DNA of 64,000 bases from Octopus sinensis. Its lineage: Eukaryota. Position numbers and translations under genes: made by a program. Location: contig NC_043014.1 in NCBI RefSeq assembly GCF_006345805.1, forward strand, positions 620,001-684,000. The letters are read 5' to 3'. Below the pieces are notes generated by a model. It ran no database searches. It worked only from the letters and a program-made list of their open reading frames with translations, and was not told the DNA's origin. Below are positions 11,934-25,089 of this stretch, in pieces (position 1 is the stretch's first letter; each line of letters starts with the position of its first letter).

Positions 11934-13677
11934 CTTTTGGAAAAACAGATAAAAATGGAATATTAATATTTTTGAAAACATGTGAAGGAATGGATCAAGA
12001 GATGCCTAAGACTGAGTTCCTGTGCCACAGACGACATTTCCAGCACCATATCTGAAGAGAAGGGCGGGGCATCACCGAAAAGGAAGGGGACGGGTATTCG
12101 GAGCTGATAAAGAATAAGTATTGTTGGAATTCTGTCCCTTCTACAGACCCTCACATCCTCTGCTCCATTGTTCCGTTTCTCTGTAACAAGAATACACACT
12201 TGATAAACTCACCCCCTTGTGCTACGGTCTTGACTCTGTGTGCAGTGGACCGTAGCCAGGTTTTTGTGGCAATTGCTTTTGTAGCATTCTACTAGGAAGC
12301 AACTGGTCTCTCTCTCTCTCTCTCTCTCACACAATCATCAACTAGTGTCAATACAGACCTATATGCAAGGCCATGAACTGGCAGAATCGTTAACCTGCTG
12401 GGGAAAATGCTTGGCAGCATTTCCTCCATCTTTATGTTCTGGGTTCAAATTCCACTGAGGTTGATTGACATCATTTTTCATCCTTTTGGGGTTGATCAAA
12501 TAATTACCAGTTGAACAGTGGGGGTTGATGTAATCAACTTGACTCTTCCCCTAATTGCTGGCCTTGTGTCAAAATTTGAAATCATCATCGTTTAACGTCC
12601 GCTTTCCATGCTAGCATGGGTTGGACGATTCAACTGGGGCCTGGGAAGCCAGGAGGCTGCACCACGCCAGTCAGATCTGGTGGTGTTTCTACAGCTGGAT
12701 GCCCTTCCTAATGCCAACCACTCCGTGAGTGTAGTGGGTGCTTTTTATGTGCCAGACGAAGCTGGCAAACGGCGATGGACGGATGGTGCTTTTTACGTGC
12801 CACCGGCACGGGGGCCAGGCGAGGCTGGCGAACGGCCACGCTCGGATGGTGTTTTTTACGTGCCACCGGCACAGAGGCCAGGCGAGGCTGGCACAGCCAC
12901 GATCAGATGGTGTTTGTTACGTGCCACCAGCACAGAGGCCAGTCGAAATCAATATATATATATACACATTAAACAGATCATCAGTGGTGGGGGGGAGGGG
13001 GCAGTTCCATTAGATCTCTGCCTGCTGGTGTTTAGTCACAAGACACAACCTGCTCCCCCTCCCCTCTAACCAAACAGCTGTTTCTTTCACCATGAAATTA
13101 CGCTTGTATTGCAATGACCCAGTTTTCAGCTTTCTGTTCAAGCTACGCCCGCCTTCTACCATCACATGCTTTCAGAAAATGCATGAAGGCCTCAAATCCC
13201 CCTAACCCTGTACATACCTCTACCAGATATTCTTCAAATTCAGGTTTCAAATCATTCCAGTCATATTTCCTAAGAAATATGGCTGGATTTCAAACATTTG
13301 AATAACATTTTGGGAATTTAATTTAATTCTTTCATAAAATCTTATGTTTTAAATCTAAACCTAAGCATTTCAAAAAGTAAGGTTTTGCGTCCTAGAAGCA
13401 GGAGTGGTGGTCTCAGGCAGATCGGCATCGATAGAATTTTGTTAAGAAAAAGTTTGGTTAATATTTCGTGACAGAGGGATGGATGACCAAAATTAGTAAA
13501 TCATCAGATAAATTGGATTGCTTAGCTCGGATTCTTAACATTCTTGTTTCAAAACCAGCCGAGTTTTATCTTTCAGGGTCAATAATCTAGGAGACACCTT
13601 AAGCAATTTAATCAACTCTACTCACTCATCTAAAATTTCTTGCCTTGTGTCTATGTTGCTTTAATGTTTAATTTTTT

Positions 13678-14030
13678 ATTTTTTACTTGTTTCAGTCATT
13701 GGACTGAGGCCATGCTGGAGTGCCACCTCGAAGGGGTCAGTTGAACAAATCAAGCCTCAGTTTGGTATTTATCCAATTGGTTTCTTCTTTGTCAAACTGC
13801 TAAGCCATGGGGACATAAACAAACCAACACCAGTCGTCAAGCGGTGGAGGCCAAACACACACACACAGAGGCTTCCACATAGTTTCAATCAACCAAATTC
13901 ACTCACAAGGCATTGGTTGACCCGGGGCTGTGGTAGAAGACACTCGTCCAAGGTGCCACACAGTGGGACTGAACTTGAAACCACATGGATGCCAACTGAG
14001 ATTCTAAACCACACAGCCATGCCTCTACCT
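13678..14030 (-). mobile_element. SINE family A copy, diverged
   Basis: Same body. Further partial or diverged copies at ~760-920, 3200-3355, 11020-11160, 38140-38480, 50728-50830, 56092-56340, 61155-61560. Confidence 0.8.
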
Positions 14031-14604
14031 GTTTATGGAAAGCAGTTTTAAGACAGTGGCCACCACCACAGACTGAAGGACTATCTCTCTTTACAGTCTT
14101 TAATCAGTTAAAATAAACTTTGTTTATCAGTGATAACAAATCCGAAATCTAAATGCAAAGTCATTGGGAAAAATACATTTCTATCCAACCTGGCAGTTCG
14201 CCTCTACCCCCACCCACCCACTACCACATTCAACCCTCCAACCCCCAAGGCCACATATGGCCCCCACCCACCATAAGCATTTCAAACAACAAAATATAAT
14301 GTTATATTTCAGTGTTAAACCATTAAGTTTCTGTTGATCAAATGGATTGAATTGACCCCTGGTGGACACTAACACCTAACAAACATCTTAGTTACACTGC
14401 CCTGAGATGGTGGTGGTGGTGGTGGTGATGCTAGCAGCAGCAGCAGCCACCATAGTGGTGGCAGTGGTGAGGGTGACAGACGTTACAAAAGTATCCAGTT
14501 ATTATTAATGTCACGAGTTTGGTAATAAAATATTTTATGGAACAATAGGTAGAAAGACTGTTTCTTTATTGAACTTTACAATTATTCTACTTTTCACACT
14601 AAAA

Positions 14605-14890
14605 TAGACAAAAAAAGAGAAAAAGTGAGAGAGAGGGAGAGAAAGAGAAAGTGAGAGGGAGAGAGAGAGAGAGAGAGAAAGTGAGAGAGAGAGAGAGAGA
14701 AAGTGAGAGAGAAAGTGAGAGAGAGAGAGAAAAAGTGAGAGAGAGAGAAAAAGTGAGAGAGAGAGAGAGAGAAAGTGAGAGAGAGAGAAAAAGTGAGAGA
14801 AAGTGAGAGAGAGAGAGAAAAAGTGAGAGAGAGAGAAAAAGTGAGAGAGAGAGAGAGAGAGAAAGTGAGAGAGAGAGAGAAAGAGAGATA
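14605..14890. repeat. Compound (GA)n microsatellite with periodic AAAGT interruptions
   Basis: Direct reading. Confidence 0.95.
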
Positions 14891-15264
14891 GACAGACGGT
14901 GACACCAACTAAAGTGACTTGTATGTTTAAAGTGAGTTTCAGGGAATTCAATAGCAATTATTTCAATAATTAACATATGCTCGTTAGAAACAATAGAGTG
15001 TAAAGTTAATTGTTTATGGTTTAATGGTATTTATTGTTATTTATTACTGAAATAACCAAACAACTGCTAAGAATTATGGTCAATTTATGCTAAATATACC
15101 ATCATCATCATCATCATCATCAGCAGCAGCATTTTAACGTCCACTTTTCCTTCCTTGCAGAGAGAATTTATCAAGGCAGATTTCTGTGAGGTCAGATGTT
15201 TTCAGGTGAAGAGAATCTATTTCCCGTGGCCGGACATGTTTCCACGAAAAGGATAATGCTCACT

Positions 15265-15668
15265 TTTACTTGTTTCAGTCATTTGACTGCGGCCATACTG
15301 GAGCACTGCTTTTAGTTGAGCAAATCGACCTCAGGACTTATTCTTTGTAAGCCTAGTACTTATTCTATTGATCTCTTTTGCTGAACTGCTAAGTTACAGG
15401 GATGTAAACACACCAGCATCGGTTGTCAAGCAATGTTGAGGGGACAAACACAGACACACAAATATATAAACACATACAGACACACACACATATATATATA
15501 CATATATACGACAGGCTTCTTTCAGTTTCCATCTACCAAATCCACTCACAAGGCTTTGGTCAGCCCAAGGCTATAGTAGAAGACACTTGCCCAAGGTGCC
15601 ATGCAGTGGGACTGAACCCGGAACCATGTGGTTGGTTAGCAAGCTACTTACCACACAGCCACTCCTAT
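15265..15668 (-). mobile_element. SINE family A copy
   Basis: Same head, body and tail as 56396-56790. Confidence 0.9.
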
Positions 15669-16304
15669 GCTCGTTTATAATCATCACAATGGCATTCTTT
15701 CATTTACTACCACCACCACCACCACCACCGCCACAATAACTACAACAACAATGTTGTGATACTGTAGTGTCCCATTAAGACTTTCATTTCTTCTATCTCT
15801 TCTCCTCACCAAATTGTTTATATCAAACTGGTTTATTTAACAAACAAACTGTGAATTTTGTAACTTCTTTTACTTTCCACATCACCATTGTTTGGGGTGA
15901 TAGAATTGGTAGAGCTTCACACAAAATGCCTTGTGGCATTCAGTTGTGGCTTTTTAGTTTCTCTGTTGAAATCTAGCAGAGGTCAACTTTAAGAGCTTTT
16001 TGACCTTCTGGAGTTGATAAAATAGCAAAGAAGGGCAACAGGGGTCTATATAATTGACAGTCGCACTCAGAGGTAAATTAGAAATTAGTATTATTATTAT
16101 TGATTCAGGGTCGATAAATTAAGTACCAGTTGCATACTGGGATCAATGTAATTGACATAATCCCTTCCCCCAAATTTGAGGCCTCCTGCTTCCAGTAGAA
16201 AATATTATTATTATTGATGATCCGACTGAGGTTCATTCATATTCTTGGTAGAATTTCTGTGGGTAGCAGGTACCCTTAGGTAGCCACTAGTTTTCAATAA
16301 TCTT

Positions 16305-16490
16305 TCAAGTGCTTAGGACCCGCCTAATAATCTTTCCTGGCCCCAAGAGGTAAACTTTCTTCAGAAGCTCTACAGGACAATCCATTCTAATCTCCTTCAA
16401 CCATTTCCTTAGATCTTTACTTACACAGTTCCCAATGCACCAATTATCACAGGCACAACCTTTCCAGACTCCAAATTCTTGCAATTTCAA
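16305..16490 (-). mobile_element. C-terminal fragment of an R4/NeSL-like (restriction-like endonuclease) non-LTR element
   Basis: CIGNCVSKDLRKWLKEI..PVELLKK..LLGPGKIIRRVLST resembles the typical vIGALG..LQK..LLGTA.ILR.vL terminus. Confidence 0.6.
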
Positions 16491-17242
16491 ATTTTAAGGA
16501 GTTATATTATTATAATAATTATTATTGAATTGGGCTGTAGGAGGCTCTGAGGGGAGGTAGAACCTTTGGTGTCTGGAAACTGTGGACAGGCATTTCTGGT
16601 CCTCAATAAACTCCTAATCTCCTGCTTGATGGCCCTTAACACCATACCCCAGTATCCCACTTCAGCTGGTGAGCAAAAACAAAGAGAGGGGATGGTGTTA
16701 ATACTGCATCAGTAGGTGAAAGACTCAGGGTAAGGCTTCACAAGGAGCCAATGGCTAGGACAGAGGAACCTGGTCAGGTCAACAGCCTAATGTTCAGGGC
16801 CCAGGCATGTCTTGAGTAAAGGCATGCAGTTGTGACTAACGGCATGGGGAGGAATGGGTGATGCCAAGCTAACTTATCCATGAGGATGACAACCAGACCA
16901 GATTAGTTGTTGCCTGGGTTACCATCGGAGAGGGAGCAGGCCTCAGTTTCACTGATTCACAGAGGGCAGCAGAAATCTGAGAGAAATGGTGAAATCTGGT
17001 TGTGGCATCATCAACAAATGGCCGAATGGCTACACAAGGAAGGATCGGCAGAGCATCAGAAGAAAATGCTTTGCAATGTTTCTTCTGACTCTTTACATTC
17101 TGAGTTCAAATTCCTCCAAGGGCAACTTTGTCTTTCATCCTTTTGGGGATCAGTAAAATAAAGAACCAAGCAAGTACGGTGGTCAATGGTATTGAGAAAT
17201 ATACTTCCCTTCAAAATTGCTGGCCTTGTGCCAAAATCTGAA

Positions 17243-17287
<45 letters not shown>

Positions 17288-18213
17288 GGACTGGCAGAAT
17301 CAGTTGAGTGAGTGAGAGAAGAAGCAAAAGATGAAGTCTTCTTGTATACTACATTGATGATGAATGAAGACCTCATAATCACAGCTGGTGGCTTTAGAGT
17401 TTAAGTAACAGCAGGATGGCTACCGTGATGCCTATGAAGGTTATGGAATATGATATCAAGAATGGAGCCCCTAACTATTGACAACTTTAAGTTGAGGAAA
17501 CTAAGCAGGCAGCCACATAATCCCCTGGCACTCAGGAGACCGGGCAAGCCTGGTCACGATCTCATATTCACCCTGAACTGGTTTGACAATGAAATTATGA
17601 ACATTAAGCCCTCATTCAGTGAAGAACCCATCCACTCTACACAACTGAACAAACTAACAATCATTGACCTCTGCAGAAGAACTAGATGAACTCAAAAACA
17701 ACACAAGACAATCTGAAGGTATTGAAACTGAAAGATCTCTCTGTTACACATAAAATCCCTAATAGAAGTGAGGGATCTTTTACAAGGAGGGGGAGGAGGT
17801 AGCAGAGACGTACAACAAAGGAGACACCTGGGAATTTTTAAGAGACAACCTGACTTGATATGGGCCAGAAATCAAATCTGTGACTGGAGTATTGTTCCAG
17901 CCAGATGGAAAGTGGTGGCATTGAGGCTGAGTGTCAATAGACAGAGCTATAAAAACAGAAAGACAAGTCTGGGAAATAAAGGAAACCAGGAATAATGGTA
18001 AATGAGGAGCTAAATGCCAGCCAGGTGTACATAGCAAAGGATGGAGTGGAAAATAAAAGGGTTTACCAATGTTTTGTGAGGATTGAAGGCATGAAGTATT
18101 CTGTATTGCAAAGACAGCGGTCAGGATGAATCAGGGTGGGGTTTAGAATAACGGTTATCCACTCGTGCTCACTAATGTCAAAAAGAAGTGATGAGGAGGG
18201 ACAGAACTTCTAC

Positions 18214-18249
<36 letters not shown>

Positions 18250-19200
18250 ACTGAAAGACCCAATGGAGGAGTCTAGCTTATGGATGGGCAATTTTGGATT
18301 GGAAGGTAGAGAAAGTATCTAAGCCATGAAGAATAATTGGTGAGACATTGAGAATATGTAGTGAAGCAGTATTTGTTAGTCAGTCACACAGTCTCTTAAG
18401 GGGTCCAGGGAAGTGTTGTACAGGGGGTACATGGCTGTTGTAGTGGAGCTATCCATCAACTGATGCAAAAAGCAAACTGGATTCTTTCGACAGAATTACA
18501 AAAACAATGAAATTAATGGAGGACCAGGTTATGAAAGAAACCAGTGTTGCCAACAGCAACAACAGCAGCAGCAGCATTTTATGTTTGCCTCACCTGGCCA
18601 GGTACCTTTTCTTACAGCATAGACCGGGACAGTTTAACAGCCACACAATAGCAGCTAAAACTCCCTCAAATCACATACTATTGTTTTAGAAAGGGAAGGA
18701 CACTCTGGATATTGTTATCCTAGCTATACTATGACTGAAATAAAGATAAGATGGTTATGGATGGAGTGTCTCTGATTAGGTGTCAGGACTGACCAGGGGT
18801 TAAACAACATCACCAGACACCCCCTCCAAAGGATTACACTTTCAAAAAGCCCCATGGACACAGCATTAAAAAATGACCCCTAAATGTTTCTTGTTTACAT
18901 GGAGAGATTAACATCCAAAGGGGACTGGAACAACTACCCCAACACTGGCAAAGAAGACCCTCTTTGTGTCATTTTACCAAAAAAGGAAATTGGAAAGGTG
19001 TGACAATGGAAAACTCCACCAGGTGGCAGTGGATCAAAGTGACCACAGAGATGGTGGTGGGTCAACTTGACCACATAACAACCAGACCCATCCTCTGCTC
19101 CTTCCTCTTCTCTTTCTATTACTGTTCCTACAAAGATCTAGACACTTTGGGATTAGTAAGCTGTGAACCCCTTCGAGACATTAATCCCCCCTCATTCAAC

Positions 19201-19236
<36 letters not shown>

Positions 19237-21254
19237 CATCTAATATATTCCCATCTACCCAATTATTCACAAACCCGCAGATTTTTATCCATGGTTTTCT
19301 CGCTACAGAAATCGTTGACTGCCTCGCCTCCAACTCCATTATAATTAGTCATAATTAGTCTGTGAGAAGGCAGATACAAAAACAAATCAATTTAAACCAT
19401 CTGCTGCTTCATTAAAAACATGAACATCACAACACACCAGTACATCCTGTCCAATACTGTTTGAATTAAATCATCCCAGACTATGAACAAAAATATATAT
19501 CGATTCCGTTCATAATTATAGACCAATTAATTGGAGGACGCTAATGAAAGGAAACAAGACGAAATGTCATTCATTACCTGCAGTTTTTACAAGTTATGGG
19601 TGTCTCCCACCCGTTTACCCTACGTGTACCACCCTGTTTCTCATTGATCACTAAAACATTACCAACTTGGTTAGATTTTCCACAATTATTCCCCAAAAAA
19701 CCAAAACGTCATTTACTAATTATAAAATCATACTTTGGCTTCAGCAGATAAAACAGCTTTTATCGACTCCAGTCTACACAAAAGAAAATAATAACTGCTC
19801 CCTGGAGTAGGGTGGAGAAACGTAAATAAACACCCGAGACAATCTTTAATTGTTAGGAATCCAAAGAAATAGTCTTCGGCAAAGGAACACCCTAATAACA
19901 ACAAAATACCCAACTCCCGTAAACATGTGTGCATATATAATATACATACTGTATATAGGTGTGTATATATATCAATATACTACATGTGAGTGAGGAGGTG
20001 GAGGATGGAAATGCTGACATCATTGTTTTAATTTAGAATCTAGTTTCAATGTTATTATTATTATTATTTTACTGAAAATAAAAAATTGTTTTGAGAGAAA
20101 TTAACATCAGATGAAGGGAGGGAGACGGGGTGGTTGTTAGTGGTGGGAGAAATAGCAGCCAAACTCCTCCAAACCATATTACATCGTTGTCAATAGAAGG
20201 ACACACACTAAGTAATGCAATCTTGGATACACCATTAAAACAAAAAATGGGATGTTCACCGCTGGAATACCTGCTTGATCATGTGTGTGTGTATGTATAT
20301 ATATATATATATATATATACACTCACTTCTCTGTATGTATAAGTATAAACGTATACGCATATTCACATATAGTCATATGTATATACGTACATGTGTATAT
20401 CCATGTGTGTGTATATACGTATATACATACATATATATATATACACACACACATATATATATAAAAGAACATTTATGAGCATGTGCTTCAGAGATTAAAT
20501 GCTTTATAGTCACCTAGTACATTACTGGTATCTGTGGAATCAGAACAATGAAAGAACAATTAATATAGGGATGAAATCCCACCAAGGGCCATTAGGAAAA
20601 AATATCTGGAAGATTCCCATTAAAAGTGGTGGCATTCATGCTTTAACCACTTTCATCGTATTTTAGCAAATATGTCTATTATTGCCGTATTAAGAATTAT
20701 TAAGGGGACACAGGAGGGCCTTCTCTAAGAAGCAGGCCCTTCAAGTCTCTCCCAGCCAGCTAGAGACCCTACATCGGGTATCAGCCCATCCTTAATTAAG
20801 GGCAAACAGGGGTTAAAGCAGGTGTCGGAGGAGGGGCTCATCACAGAATTCTCGTAACACCATCGTGTGTGTGTGTATACATGAATATACGGCTATCATT
20901 TGATAAGATCGTCGAATATACATACATTACATTAATAATAGCAACAAGATTTGTCTATTAAATGTACAACATTGAATAATATACGATGAGTGATACAGAC
21001 AGTGTTGTAAGGAGGTGTGTGCATATTAATGTGCAATATTGTTTATCTACAGACACACACACGCGTGTATATACAGACATGATATATGATAGAGAGAAGT
21101 GTGTGTGCGTATATATATTAACGAGTGTTCAAAACTATATATAAATATATTCGATATATCCAAGTGAATACATTGAAACGAACGAACGAGAGGAATACTA
21201 GTGGGAGGGTTTTTTTCTGGTTTTTCTTCTGAGTGAATCATCGACTTACAAAGG

Positions 21255-21399
21255 ATGGATGGATAGATAGATACAGATGTAGATAGTTGGATAGATAGAT
21301 AGACAGGCAGATAGATAGATACAGATGTAGATAGACAGATAGATAGATACAGATGTAGATAGTTGGATAGATAGATAGACAGACATATAGATACAGATG

Positions 21400-21447
<48 letters not shown>

Positions 21448-21613
21448 CAGACAGATAGATAGATACAGATGTAGATAGACAGATAGATAGATACAGATGT
21501 AGATAGTTGGATAGATAGATAGACAGACAAATAGATAGATACAGATGTAGACACACAGATAGCTAGGATACAGATGTAGATAGTTAGATAGATAGATACA
21601 GATGTAGATAGAC

Positions 21614-21645
<32 letters not shown>

Positions 21646-21830
21646 GGATGGATGGATGGATGGATGGATGGACGGGTGGATGGATGGATGGATGGATGGA
21701 TGGATGGATAGATAGATAGATGGATGGATGGACGGGTGGATGGATGGATAGATAGAGATGTAGATAGAGAGAGTAGAGAGAGAGAGAGAGTGTGAGGGAG
21801 GATGGATAGAGAGAGAGAGAGAGAGAGAGG
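21255..21830. repeat. Compound (GATA)n/(GGAT)n/(GA)n array with higher-order ACAGATGT units
   Basis: Direct reading. Confidence 0.95.
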
Positions 21831-22083
21831 ATGTGTTTGAAAGGAGAGAGAAGACGGGTGACCGTGTGTGTTTGTTTATTTCGTGGGTGTAAATAAACAC
21901 CAACAACCTTGATTCCAGTTGTTGGCAGCAGACATTCCCAAAGTCTCTGAGCAGTTTCTTCTTTCATTCATAAAGAAAAAATCGACCAACACATTACCCC
22001 CCTCCATACATTATTCTACATACATACACATATTACACCCACACACACACACATATATATATATATATACATACATGTCACAA

Positions 22084-22130
<47 letters not shown>

Positions 22131-22254
22131 CACGCATATGTACGGAGATAGATATTATGTGGGAGAGAAGGACCTCAAACTAACAAGACGCCCTCCAACG
22201 AAGACCACCACCATCAACAATAATATTAAAGCCGTGATAGCCACATCGACCTAC

Positions 22255-22295
22255 CTTTCCCTCTCGTTGGCATTACACGACTCGAGAAAAGCCAT
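22255..22295 (-). CDS. NSMAF: NSMAF/FAN coding exon 1 (MAFLESCNANERE-R)
   Basis: ATG at 22295 (gaaaagATG); 41 nt; donor AG|GTAGGT, phase 2, joins the next exon to give ERFS. 'MAF...ERFS' is the FAN N-terminus as I recall it. Confidence 0.88.
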
Positions 22296-22420
22296 CTTTT
22301 CTGCCTGTCGTGTAGTTGCGAGCTGTAGGACAGGCTACCATACCATGCAAGACAAGGGCAGGGAACCGGATATCACGGGGACCGTTCCTTGCTGCCACTT
22401 TCTCACTCCCACTGCTATTT
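22296..22420 (-). promoter_or_regulatory. Likely 5' UTR / core promoter of NSMAF
   Basis: CpG-retaining, GC-richer stretch directly upstream of the ATG, next to a long CT-rich tract. TSS cannot be located from sequence. Confidence 0.45.
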
Positions 22421-24217
22421 CTCCTATTTACACACTTTTCTCTCCAGATATATTTCCTCGTTTTCTGTTTCTCTCTTCACTAATAATTCCTTTATCCTCT
22501 TCTTTTTTCACTCTATTTCTTTTTCTTTCTCTCGTATTTTTTCACTTCTCTTTCCTCCGCTGCTCCTCCCTCGCCGTTAACCACTTCTCTCTCTCTTTCT
22601 CTAATAATATTCCTCACTCTTTATTCTCAATCTATCATTCCATTTTCTCCTCTCACTTTACCTTACACCCTCTCTCTCTCCCTTTATATCTTCTCCTTCC
22701 TCTCTCGCTCTGTATTTCTTTGCCTTTACATTCACTCTTTCTCTCCTCCTTTTACTCATCCATATCTAACTTTTTCTCTTCCCCTCCCCCACTGCCTCTG
22801 TTCATACTTTCTTTTGCCCCTCTCTCTCTCTCACAATATTTCCACACACACATACACACACATGTCAGTTACTATGTTCGAAGACGGCGTTCCCCCCCTC
22901 TCTCTCTCTCACACACACACACACTCCACCACCACCACCAACAATGATAATTATTAATCCTGTTTCTTTATTAGCCACAAGGGCCCAAACATAGAAGGGG
23001 GACAATACAGCCTGATTGGGGTCAGACACACAATGATTAATTGACTTTTAAAATTTTACAAAATATAACAAAATCGAATGAGATACAAGGACAAAATAGA
23101 AACATGAGATGGGGCAGAGAGATGGGTTACCCTCTGACCCCACGGGCCCCATTCTTCTACTGGACCCTTTGTATCCAGACTTGTGGCATGTTCACGAGGA
23201 ATCTTTCATTCCAGCCCCAGATGGTGTCCGAGAGATTCAAACTAAATCGTTTCAAATAAACTCACAGCCAAACTTTCATTCCCAGATGTAACAACTTCGC
23301 ATCATTTTTTCTATTCACTTTCAGATCATTCTCTCCATATGTCAAGAGAAGTTGTGCAGATCTCGGTCAAGTCTCGTTGGGTAGATGAGGTATTCCTTCC
23401 GTGGCCATCCCATCTCTTCAAGACAGGACTACATTATATAATAAATCCTTCCCAGCCATGACCGCCCCATCTAGTACAATAGATCTTTCCTATTTAGAGT
23501 GTTGGGTTATGATTTGAATTAATTTAGGCTGCTATTTCTAGTAACTGACCATTTAGAGGGTCCCGCTTTAACATAAAAAGTAAACAAGAAAGTGAGCTCC
23601 TGGTTATAAACATGATGGCCTGATTTCCAATCCCAGTGGTAGGGATTTCTCTTCGCAACATTAGCAGCCAATGTCTTATTCTTTTATCCTCTACATCCCT
23701 TCCCCACATTTCCACTTCATGCGCCATGCTTCCTACCCACTCCTTCCTTTATATATCTCCTTTTGATATGAGGTAACTCAAAGCTCTGGGATCACGTAAA
23801 AGACTTGTTTGGTTCTTGGTAACAGACAATAATAACAGAACTTGGCAAGGATGTCATCGAGGGGCTTATAGTAACTCTGTGAAGTGAGTGGGGACGAGGA
23901 CAAGTGTTATTAAATGTAATTGTGGTTGAGCTGAAATTCCTTGAGGCGGATCTTGTACGGATGGATGCCCTTGCTGTCATCAACCTTTATCTCCTTCCAA
24001 ATGAGGGGGAGGTGTATTTTCTAGTCCCTCAAACATGCACTACATAAAAGCTGAACATGTTTTTAGTGGAAAATTGCAAATGTGTAACCCAGCATGAATG
24101 GCCATTGCATTAGTTTACAGGGATCAGAGTACCATGCAGTGGGATTGAACATGGAACCATGGGGGTAGGAAGTGAACTTCTCAATCACCCATCTGTGCCA
24201 GCCGCAATCAGAATATA

Positions 24218-24545
24218 TAATAATAATAATGAAATCATTGTATATGGTGCTCAGGTGCACCACAACTTGTCAGAGTATATGCAGTAATGTACAAATGTCT
24301 GGGAAGTGAACAGTGTATGAGTCAGATACATGCTTGCGTGTGTATGGAGGGGAGAAAATCAAGTGTAGTGTTGGTGAATCTCAGGAAGCATGGAAGTTTT
24401 GAAGGATGCAGTACTCCGACAACTAACAACTAATGCTGGCAGTTTGTTCCACGCTTCAGCAACTCTCAGCGTGAAAAAATGTTTCCAAAAGTCATGGGAG
24501 CTGTGCTGTTTTCTGACTTTGTAAACATGTCCACGGGTGTTAGAT
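24218..24545 (-). mobile_element. CR1 3'-end fragment (family related to 4430-6294)
   Basis: Reverse complement matches 6020-6294 (agagttgctgaagc.tggaacaaactgc...gtgcacctgagcac..(ATT)n). Confidence 0.85.
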
Positions 24546-25089
24546 GGGTGGAGTTTGGAAAGGATGTCAGAAACTAGTGCACATAATTGTCTTCTGTCAT
24601 AATTAGGTCTAATTAGTTGATGTTAATTTTTGCTAATTGAGAGACATAATTGTCTTAAATATAAATTACAATAAAAAGCTTAATGATTATTCATGTAAAT
24701 TAGCTTCTCTTTCCCAGCTTGAATCCTCATGCCATTTCATCTTGCCTGTATTATGTCTGAAGCCTGGCTTATTTCCTTGCTCTATGTTAAACTGTGGTTA
24801 CATTAAGCAATCTTATTGAAAATGTGCTTTTTTCCACCTTTTCGTTTTGTTTGGGTATTTTATACAGCCTCGTGTCTTTGGTTGTTTGCATTTGCCCACC
24901 AGCCCCCTCCACCACCACCCATACTGGAAGTCTTTCTCTCAGAACCTCTACCAGAAATCTATACAGAATGATCTGCCCCACCCCTATCTAGCGGTCTGTT
25001 TCTTGATAAATGGGGCAAGTGTGAAGGAAATACAGGTTGAAACCTATTTACAAAGAGAAACAGCAGCTATTATTTCAGCCTTTGCTCCT

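Noticed and set aside
11963-12199. 78-aa minus ORF with a good acceptor at 12181
   Set aside because: No FAN similarity and it stops at 11963; the true exon starts at 11933. It might be a minor or non-coding exon but has no support.
14535-14976. Overlapping SL-rich ORFs (also YI/HT/CV-rich ORFs at 21047-21967, 39254-39794, 55321-55965)
   Set aside because: Translations of microsatellites.
21919-22947. 342-aa plus-strand ORF
   Set aside because: Made of microsatellite and CT-rich low-complexity sequence; it overlaps the real NSMAF first exon on the opposite strand.
23040-24000. Possible L1/Tx1-type remnant on the minus strand
   Set aside because: Only vague motif echoes; not supportable without a profile search.
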